Positions 54,440-64,000 of a DNA stretch of 64,000 nt are shown in pieces. The DNA is taken from assembly GCF_009914755.1 (NCBI RefSeq), contig NC_060927.1; one strand, 5' to 3'. Both the position numbers and the translations under genes were made by a program. Position 1 is the stretch's first letter, and each line of letters starts with the position of its first letter. The DNA comes from the human T2T-CHM13v2.0 reference genome, Homo sapiens. The notes below the pieces were generated by a model. The model ran no database searches and was not told the DNA's origin. It saw nothing but the letters and a program-made list of their open reading frames with translations.

Positions 54440-54917
<478 letters not shown>

Positions 54918-54959
54918 TAGTCTACAGCTACCAAAAAAAAACATATTATGCATAAGAAA

Positions 54960-55687
54960 TGAGAAATAAAAATAAAATCCTAAGCTGCCAACTAAATGAA
55001 TGGGCCCCCTGTTAGCCAAGAGGACCCAGACAAACCTTGCAAACTGAGTTCCCGGCCATGACCAGATGGGAAGCTGGACATGTCTCTTTATACCTCCTCC
55101 CCTGCTAACCACCATTAGACTTTATTTTTTCCTAAAGGGTTAGACAGAAACTAACCCTTTGGAAAGACTTCCTCCACCACTGATTTGAACCATCTTTGTG
55201 ACTGCCCCTCCCTTTTGTAGTTGTGATAAAACAACCAACCAGCATTCCTTCCTGTCAACAGACCACCAAGCACGGAGTGGTTCTGTCCAATGTACAGAGG
55301 ATGCTCAGTGAGGGTTTTCATGTCCTCAGTTTCACCTTTGGATGTCAAAGGGCAGAAAACTCCACCCTTGAATCATGCTAGCACTGCCGTTTTTTGAACA
55401 AGGACCCTTGGGAAAGCATGAAGATCATCTGCAAATGCACATGTTTCACCTCTCATAAATGTTCATAACTCCTCTTATAGCTTATTAAATATATATGTAT
55501 GTATGTATGTGTATATATATATATATTCACCTTCTCTGTTCAGCATAAATTCCTATATTATTCTTCCCACCCTAGAAGTACCTGTTTCTGGCTTCTAGCC
55601 TGATGGCCACCCTGCAGGCTGCAACCCTTTCTGAGAAATAAAGCTCTCCTTTCCAAATTTATGAACCTCATCATTCTTCAGTTGACA
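54960..55687 (+). mobile_element. MER39-like ERV1 solo LTR
   Basis: tgagaaataaaaataaaatcctaagc...aaactgagttcccggccatgac...gagaaataaagctctcctttccaaatttatgaacctc...cagttgaca (TG...CA termini). Confidence 0.8.
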
Positions 55688-55779
55688 GGAAGCAAGATAC
55701 ATAAGAAGTATATACTGTACCAGACATTGATGTTTTCTAAGAATAAAAAGTGAACCAGGAAGAGCAATGGAAACTCTAC

Positions 55780-56160
55780 TCAGGTAGAGATGGCCAGGGA
55801 AGGCATCACTGATGATACTTTAAAACTTGAAGGAAAAGAGGGAATTGAGATATGTGGATACTGGAGAGAAGCACATCCCAGGCAGCTGAAAGGGCAAAGA
55901 GCAAATATCCTATAGTGTGATCATGCTTGGCATGTATGAAGGAACAGTAAGGAGGCCAACCAGAAAGAGGATAGCAGAAGAGGAACAGGGTAGAGAGGAG
56001 GGGGCCAATTTTACCCTAAGTGACATGCAAACTCATTGTGGAGTTTTGAACAGGAATGACATTATCTTCCTTGACAGGATTAGTTTAGCAATGGTGTTGC
56101 ACATAGTCTAAAACAGAACTGGGAGGAAGTAGGAAGAAGTAGGAGGCTATTACAATATGA
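55780..56160 (-). mobile_element. L2 fragment (host of the neighbouring LTRs)
   Basis: ggccagggaaggcatcactga...ggaacagtaaggaggcca...ggagttttgaacaggaatgacatta; L2 3' tail-like ttcaacaaataaatatttattgag at ~54860. Confidence 0.55.
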
Positions 56161-56171
56161 ATACAGGCAAA

Positions 56172-57262
56172 TATCGGGCAAAATTCACCCCCGATAATTC
56201 ACGTAGTTTCTTTTCTATTTTCCCTAAGTGTCGGCCGGTCTGAGAAATAAAGGGACAGAGTACAAAAGAGAGAAATTTTAAAACTGGGTGTCCAGGGGAG
56301 ACATCACACATCGGCAGGTTCCGTGATGCCCCTTGAGCCATAAAACGAGCAAGTTTTTATTAGTGATTTTCAAAAGGGGAGGGAGTGTACAAATAGGGTG
56401 TGGGTCACAGAGATCACATGCTTCACAAGATGATAAGATATCACAAGGTAGATGGAGGCAGGGTGAGACCACAGGACCACAAGACCAGGGTGAAATTAAA
56501 ATTGCTAATGAAGTTTTGGGCAGGCATTGTCATTGATAACGTCTTTTCAGCAGACAGGGGTTGAGAGCAGACAACCAGTCTGACCAAAATTTATTAGGCA
56601 GAAATTTCCTCATCCTAATAAGCCTGGGAGCGCTACTGGAGACCGGGGCTTATTTCATCCCACAGCTGCGACTGTAAAAGACAGCCGCCCCACCAAAGCG
56701 GCCATTTTAGAGGCCTCCCCTCAGGGATGCATTCTCTTTCTCAGGGATGTTCCTTGCTGAGAAAAAGAATTCAGCGACATTTCTCCCATTTGCTTTTGAT
56801 AGAAGAGAAATATGGCTCTGTTCCACCCGGCTCACCGGCAGTCAGAGTTTAAGGTTATCTCTCTTGTTCCCTGAACGTTGCTGTTATCCTGTTCTTTTTT
56901 CAAGGTGCCCAGATTTCATATTGTTCAAACATACATGCTCTACAAACAATTTGTGCAGTTAACGCAATCATCACAGGGCCCTGAGGAGACATACATCCTC
57001 CTCAGCTTGCGAAGATGATGGGATTAAGAGATTAAAGTAAAGACAGGCATAGGAAATCACAAGGGTATTAATTGGGGAAGTGATAAGTGTCCATGAAATC
57101 ATCACAATTTATGTTCAGAGATTGCAGTAAAGACAGGAGTAAGAAATTATAAAAGTATTAATTTGGGGAACTAATAAATGTCCATGAAATCTTCACAATT
57201 TATGTTCTTCTGCCATGGCTTCAGCCTGTCCCCCTGTTCGGGGTCCCTGACTTCCTGCAACA
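56172..57262 (-). mobile_element. MER11 (HERV-K11/HML-8) solo LTR
   Basis: Same termini as the LTR at 14443-15452; 6-bp TSD gg(c/a)aaa at 56166-56171 and 57263-57268; two copies of an internal ~90-bp repeat at 57028-57207. Confidence 0.92.
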
Positions 57263-58908
57263 GGAAAAAAATGATTGTGGTTTAGACTAAAGTTAAAGAT
57301 GTGAAAATAGTGCGATAGGATTACATTTTATTTTTATAGGTAGCCAACATGAATAATAAAGTCCAAAAATCCACTTGTGCCAACACTGACACATTTCAAG
57401 AAATAACCACCACTTCCATGTCCCCTTTCATGAACACATAGTCTACAATATTTACCCGCTCATTCAGAAATTATATAGGAGGAGTTATGCTGCAGTTGGT
57501 GAAAAGATGGCAACTCTTCTCTGTTGTTTGTTTCACTACCAAATACAAATGGAAAGTTGACTTATGAAAATATTTGTTTCAGTTCCAAAGTTGTAAGCAA
57601 GGAAGTTACCCCAGGATCATAGAAATATCTTTGTGGTAGGTCACAGGCTGTGCAGTGCAGAGACTCTAGGCTCCATCATTCATTAGCTGTATGGCTTTAG
57701 GAAAGTTACATAACATGTTCTTTAAGATGGGGGGTGACTATGACCCACAGCGTAGGACTTTATTTTAAAGTTTATTTAAAAGTTTATTTTAAAGTTACTA
57801 TTATAGCAATGTCTAGCATATGGAAACAGCTTTTAATAGTTAAATGTTAGAAATTTATCTTTCCTGAGGCTAAAGAGAAAAGGACTGTCCCCGTTGTTTA
57901 ATGCACTATTTTCTTCCAGAATTCAGCCTATATTAGACCTCAGAATGACAGTGCTATCGTTAAAGCAGAAGTTGATGGAGCAAGGGAGGAATATAGGATT
58001 AGAAGTCAAATATTGCTTGAACTCAAGGACCTCATTAGACCAAACTATAACACAGAATTCATAAAATTTCCAAAGTATATGAAAATGAGAGTAACTAATA
58101 AATAAATGCATTTTAGACTAGTATGCGACACATAATAGATACTCCATAAGTACTTGTACAGTGAATTATATATTTTTCAATTTATGTATTTTATTTTTTA
58201 CATACCTACCATAGACCATTAGACACTGACTTAAACTCATTCTGCTCTCTTGGATTCTCAAATGATCTACTATAGTTTTTCTTCTCTTAAAAGTTGTAAC
58301 TATGGAAAATGATTTTATCAAGTTTTAAAAAACTGCTAATTTAATACAGTCTCACTAAGTGTGACTGACATCATACTTCTACTGGGTTTCAAATGAAATA
58401 TTCTTAATGTGCTTATTGATTCTGAATGAAAAATGAGGTTTTAATATTAGAAAAGTTGAAAATAATATCCGTTATTAGCTGTCAAACACATTTGGTTCAT
58501 GCTGACTTATTGTTGACTGTATATTGACAATTGTTTAGGACTTAAGTGGAAAAATATTTGTTTAAATTCTGTGTAGTTTGTATTTTTATCTTAACTGTTA
58601 TGTATTTTTTTTCCATTTCTTAGCAATAAAGCAACATGTTGGTTCTTTGTTTAGAAGATAGAATGCAAATCGAAAAACTATTTGGTACTTGTATGTGTGT
58701 ATACACACACACATTTAAAATAAAATTATTTGATACTTGTACATGTGTATATAAAATATATTTTTCATGTATATCTATACCTTCCAGTTTGCTAATAGCT
58801 CCTTTTAAGGGTGAAATGTATTATTTTAATTATTTTTCTATAATCCTAGCATTCTACTTTTTTGAGAAAAACTTGCTCAGTAACATGTTAGTTGTATGTA
58901 GTAACATA

Positions 58909-59956
58909 GTCTTGCTATGTTATGCCCGCCTCTTCACGGGTAGGTCAATTTCACTGGTTGAAAGTAAGAGACAGCTGAACCCTCGTGGAGCCATTCATAC
59001 AAGTCCCTATTTAAGGAACAAGTGATTATGCTACCTTTGCACGGTTAGGGTACCGCGGCCGTTAAACATATGTCACCGGGCAGGCGGTGCCTCTAATACT
59101 GATAATGCTAGATGTGATGTTTTTGGTAAACAGGCGGGGTAAGATTTGCCGAGTTCCTTTTACTTTTTTTAACCTTTCCTTGTGGGCATGCCTGTGTTGG
59201 GTTAACAGTGAGGGTAATAATGGCTTGTTGGTTGATTGTAGATATTGGGCTGTTAATTGTCAGTTTAATATTTTGGTCTGATGTAGGCTTATGCGGAGGA
59301 GAATGTTTTCATGTTACTTATACTAACATTAGTTCTTCTATAAGGTAATAGATTGGTCCAATTGAGTGTAAGGAGCTCAGTTGTATGTTTGGGATTTTTT
59401 AGACGATGGGTGTTGAGCTTGAACGCTTTCTTAATTGGTGGCTGCTTTTAGGCCTACTATGGGTATTAAATTTTTTACTCTCTTTACAAGGTTTTTTCCT
59501 AGTGTCCAAAGAGCTGTTCCTCTTTGGACTAACAGTTAAATTTACAAGGGGATTTAGAGGGTTCTGTAGGTAAATTTAAAGTTGAACTAAGATTCTATCT
59601 TGGACAACCAGCTATCACCAGGCTCGATAGGTTTGTCGCCTCTACCTATAAATCTTCCCACTATTTTGCTACATAGACGGGTGTGCTCTTTTAGCTGTTC
59701 TTAGGTAGCTCGTCTGGTTTCGGGGGCCTTAGCTTTGTTTCTCTTTGCAAAGTTATTTCTAGTTAATTCATTATGCAAAAGGTACAGGGGTTAGTCCTTG
59801 CTGTATTATGCTTGGTTATAATTTTTCATCTTTCCCTTGCGGTACTATATCTATTGCGCCGGTTTACAATTTCTATCGCCTATACTTTATTTGGGTAAAT
59901 GGTTTGGTTAAGGTTATTTGGTAGTAAGGTGGAACGGGTTTAGGGCTAGGTTTGGC
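58909..59956 (-). pseudogene. Nuclear copy of mt 16S rRNA, 5' portion (MT-RNR2-like)
   Basis: Begins GCCAAACCTAGCCCTAAACCC immediately after tRNA-Val and includes the humanin region. Confidence 0.93.
58920..58994 (-). CDS. MTRNR2L12: Humanin-like peptide, 24 aa [24 protein letters not shown]
   Basis: ATG GCT CCA CGA GGG TTC AGC TGT CTC TTA CTT TCA ACC AGT GAA ATT GAC CTA CCC GTG AAG AGG CGG GCA TAA; intact ORF, L12S relative to mitochondrial humanin. The symbol is inferred from remembered synteny with RPL18AP8; sequence alone does not show translation. Confidence 0.75.
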
Positions 59957-60025
59957 TCAGAGTGGTCAAGTTGAGTTGAAATCTCCTAAGTGTAAGTTGG
60001 GTGCTTTATGTTAAGCTACACTCTG
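59957..60025 (-). pseudogene. Nuclear copy of mt tRNA-Val (anticodon TAC)
   Basis: Reverse complement CAGAGTGTAGCTTAACATAAAGCACCCAACTTACACTTAGGAGATTTCAACTCAACTTGACCACTCTGA, 69 nt. Confidence 0.93.
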
Positions 60026-60231
60026 GTTCGTCCAAGTGCACTTTCCAGTACACTTACCATGTTACGACTTGTCTCCTCTATATAAATGCGTAGGGGTTTT
60101 AGTTAAATATCCTTTGAAGTATACTTGAGGAGGGTGACGGGCGGTGTGTATGCGCTTCAGGGCCCTGTTCAACTAAGCACTCTACTCTTAGTTTACTGCT
60201 AAATCCACCTTCGACCCTTAAATTTCATAAG
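60026..60231 (-). pseudogene. Nuclear copy of mt 12S rRNA 3' end (MT-RNR1-like)
   Basis: CTTATGAAATTTAAGGGTCGAAGGTGGATTTAGCAGTAAAC...AAGTGCACTTGGACGAAC. Confidence 0.93.
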
Positions 60232-60496
60232 CTCCCTCATGGGGAGCTAAATTTTTTTAAGTATTTCATAATAATGTCACTAAGGTAATTATTGGTAAAC
60301 TTAAATGAGATTATATAAATAAGACGCCTTATGTATAAACTGTAAAATCTATATGCTCTTTTATTTTGAATACGAATTTCTTATGCAGTAGTCATTTGGT
60401 TTTCAAATGAACATTAAGTAGAATAGAAAAATTATTTTTTCAGTTTACTCTTAGAATTGTGTATTACATGTTTATGTTAGCTGTGTAAACATGGCT

Positions 60497-60901
<405 letters not shown>

Positions 60902-60987
60902 TCAGTTTTCATTTTTTTTATTCAAAAGAGAAGTCTCTTTTGACATTTAACAGACTAGATTTAACATCTATATAAAAATATATTTTT

Positions 60988-61597
60988 CACTTTTGCGAGT
61001 GGCAGCGAGCACAGACGGGACACCACAAAGGCCTTGGGCACACTAGGAGAGTACAAGGTGGTGGGTCACTGTCTGTCTGCCCCCAAATGCCACAGACCAC
61101 CCATCTACCGCATGCGAATCTTTGCGCCTAATCATGTCGTTGCCAAGTCTCCCTTCCGGTACTTTGCATATCAGTTAAAGAAGATGAAGTCTTTAGGGGA
61201 GATTGTCTACTGTTGGCAGGTTTTGAGACGTCCTTCCTGCGGGTGAAGAACTTCGGCATCTGGCTGGGCTATGACTCCCAGAGCGGCACCCACAACCTGT
61301 ACCGGGAATACCGGGACCTGACCCCCGTGGGCGCTGTCACCCAGTGCTACCGAAACACGGGCGCCCAGCACCGTGCCCTGGCCCAATCCATCCAGATCAT
61401 GAAGGTGGAGGAGATCGCAGCCAGCAGGTGCCCACCGGCCTGCCGTCAAGCGGTTCCAGGACTCCAAGATCCAGTTCCCACTGCCCCACTGGGTCCTGCG
61501 CCATCAGCACAAGCCACACTTCACCACCAAGAGGTCCAACACCTTCTTCTAGAGGCAGAGCTCTCGCCCGGGTGTGCCCCAAATAAAATCAGGAAAA
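60988..61597 (+). pseudogene. RPL18AP8: RPL18A (eL20) processed pseudogene
   Basis: Intronless. TOP-like 5'UTR cttttgcg; ATG decayed to ACA (61025-61027); [10 protein letters not shown]...[15 protein letters not shown], then a frameshift to [28 protein letters not shown]...[13 protein letters not shown], and a second frameshift; ancestral stop TAG at 61550-61552; AATAAA at 61582-61587. The P8 number is from remembered synteny. Confidence 0.92.
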
Positions 61598-63080
61598 TGT
61601 ATGTATATATATTTATACATAAACAAAACATATTTAATATATATAAATAAAATATATAAATAAATATATATAATATATATATTTCTACATATAAATAAAA
61701 TATACACTTTTTGTATATAAATTAAAAATATATTTTATAAATAAAATATATATTCCTAATATATAAATTAAATATATAATTTATACATAAATAATATATA
61801 ATATATTAATAATATATAATATATAAATGAAATACATATCTTTTATATAAATAATGTATAATATACATAAATATTTATTTTTCCATATAAATAAAATACA
61901 TATTTTTTATATTTTATATATAAATTATAGATATACATAAATTTTTTTATATATTACATATAAATTTTAGATACATAAAATATATATTTTATATATAATG
62001 TGTAATACATATTATAAATAATATATAATATATATTTTATATTATATATTATATATTTCATATAATATATATTTTATATGATATTTTATATATTTTATAT
62101 ATAATATATATTATATAATTATAAATATAATATAATATGTATAATATATAATTATATAAATTATATAATATATAATATATATTAAATAATTAATTAATAT
62201 ATTAATTAATTTATATATAATATATAATATATTTTATATATATAAAATATAATATATTTTATATATATAATATATAATATATTTTATATATATAATATAT
62301 AATATATTTTATATATATAATATATAATATATTTTATATATATAATATATAATATATTTTATATATATAATATATAATATATTTTATATATATAATATAT
62401 AATATATTTTATATATAATATATAATATATTTTATATATAATATATAATATATTTTATATATAATATACAATATATTTTATATATAATATACAATATATA
62501 TTCTATATAATATATAATATATTTTATATATTATATATTATATAGAATATATAATATATTTTATATATTATATATTATATAGAATATATATTTTATATAT
62601 TATGTTTTATATATAATATATAATATATGTTTTATAATATATAAATGTTTTATGAAATTTATAAAATATGTTACATATTAAATATATTTTATATAAAATA
62701 TAAATTATATGTAATATATATTTTATATAAAATATATTATAATATATAATTTATATTTTATATAAAATATATGAAAGATGTATATATTATACTATATAAA
62801 TATTAGATATATAAATATATAATATATAATTATATATTTATACATATTAGATATATAAATACATATCTAATATATATAAAAGATATATATTAGATATGTA
62901 TAAAGATATATATTTATATATAAATATATTATATAAATATATAAATATATATTTTTATATATTTACATATTTTATATATTTATAAATTTATATATATATT
63001 TATATTTATATATTTATATATAATATATATCTTTTATATATTATATATAATAATTATATATAAAATATGTATATATAAAA
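61598..63080. repeat. AT-rich low-complexity tract containing a 25/23-bp minisatellite (~62255-62500)
   Basis: Nearly pure A/T; unit attttatatatataatatataatat repeated in tandem, then a 23-bp variant. Confidence 0.9.
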
Positions 63081-63084
63081 CATA

Positions 63085-63943
63085 CTTATATATAAATTAT
63101 ATACACATATTTGAAACATATATATATTTTATATACACGTATATATAAAACATATACTTATATATTTTATATACACGTTTATATAAAACATATACTTATA
63201 TATATTTTATATACACATGTATATAAGACATACTTATATATATTTTATATACACGTGTATATAAAACATACTAATATATATTTTATATACACGTGTATAT
63301 AAAACATACTTATATATATTTTATATACACGTGTATATAAAACATACTTATATATATTTTATATACACGTGTATATAAAACATACTTATATATATTTTAT
63401 ATAGACGTGTATATAAAATATATACTTATATATATTTTATATACACGTGTATATAAAATATATACTTATATATATTTTATATACACGTGTATATAAAATA
63501 TATACTTATATATATTTTATATACACGTGTATATAAAATATATACTTATATATTATATACACGTGTATATAAAATATATACTTATATATTATATACACGT
63601 GTATATAAAATATATACTTATATATATACTTATATATATACTTATATATACTTATATATATACTTATATATACTTATATATACTTATATATATACTTATA
63701 TATACTTATATATACTTATATATATACTTATATATACGTATATATATACTTATATATACTTATATATATTTTATATACACGTGTATATAAAATATATACT
63801 TATATATATTTTATATACACGTGTATATAAAATATATACTTATATATATTTTATATACACGTGTATATAAAATATATACTTATATATATTTTATATACAC
63901 GTGTATATAAAATATATACTTATATATATTTTATATATATATT
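63085..63943. repeat. 36-40-bp palindromic minisatellite (VNTR-like) with an internal (tatatact)-type block
   Basis: Unit gtgtatataaaatatatacttatatatattttatatacac with an exact 40-bp period at 63781-63900. Confidence 0.92.
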
Positions 63944-64000
63944 TCTCCCCCCCCAAATTCTCAATCTGACTTTAAATAATTTCTTCTGGTGATTGTACTT

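Larger units (their letters stand above)
58909..60231 (-). other. NUMT, 1323 bp, approximately rCRS 1396-2718 (12S 3' end, tRNA-Val, 16S 5' part)
   Basis: Continuous reverse-complement match to remembered human mtDNA landmarks: 12S CACACCGCCCGTCACCCTCCTCAAG and AAGTCGTAACATGGTAAG, tRNA-Val, 16S GGCCGCGGTACCCTAACCGTGCAAAGGTAGCATAATCAC. Abrupt ends in nuclear AT-rich DNA. Confidence 0.97.

Noticed and set aside
58909-60231. Functional rRNA/tRNA genes, or mitochondrial contamination of the assembly
   Set aside because: Both rRNAs are truncated, the segment differs from modern mtDNA and it is embedded in nuclear flanks, as expected for a NUMT.
60200-60260. A nuclear MOTS-c copy
   Set aside because: The NUMT begins just downstream of the MOTS-c ORF in 12S; no MRWQEMGYIFYPRKLR-like frame is present.
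61213-61650. A novel 145-aa RPL18A-derived protein
   Set aside because: The ORF opens on a non-ATG codon (TTG) and is a frameshift chimera of a pseudogene whose real ATG is lost.
63111-63870. Tyr/Ile-rich ORFs of 63-127 aa
   Set aside because: Translation artefacts of the AT minisatellite.
62255-63943. Regularly spaced palindromic repeats resembling a CRISPR array
   Set aside because: No unique spacers, no cas genes, and a eukaryotic context; it is a tandem minisatellite.

Overview
Primate, almost certainly human, AT-rich intergenic DNA with no intact spliced protein-coding gene that I can see. It is dominated by retroelements: two full-length but ORF-disrupted L1PA elements on the minus strand (one interrupted by a MER11 solo LTR), old L1M/L2/MIR remnants, four Alus, solo LTRs (THE1, MLT1, MLT2, MER11, MER39) and a MER45 hAT DNA transposon with a perfect 8-bp TSD. 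There are three retrocopies: an internally deleted RBBP4 processed pseudogene (~8.0-9.3 kb), a U6 snRNA pseudogene (50.5 kb) and an RPL18A processed pseudogene (61.0-61.6 kb). A 1323-bp NUMT (58909-60231, minus strand; 3' 12S rRNA, tRNA-Val, 5' 16S rRNA) carries an intact humanin-like ORF. From memory, this U6/NUMT/RPL18A-pseudogene combination matches chr3q11.2 (MTRNR2L12, RPL18AP8); I could not verify that here. I found no convincing new gene system. The best leads are: (i) the NUMT's small ORFs on both strands (humanin-like, SHLP2-like, SHLP3-like, read-through SHLP4-like) and the hairpins at both of its junctions; (ii) a 2.3-kb AT-rich expansion at the RPL18A retrocopy tail that ends in an array of 36-bp palindromes centred on CACGTG E-boxes; (iii) a templated fold-back insertion in the RBBP4 retrocopy that matches a site 1.7 kb away. 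Repeat subfamily calls come from remembered consensus sequences and are approximate.
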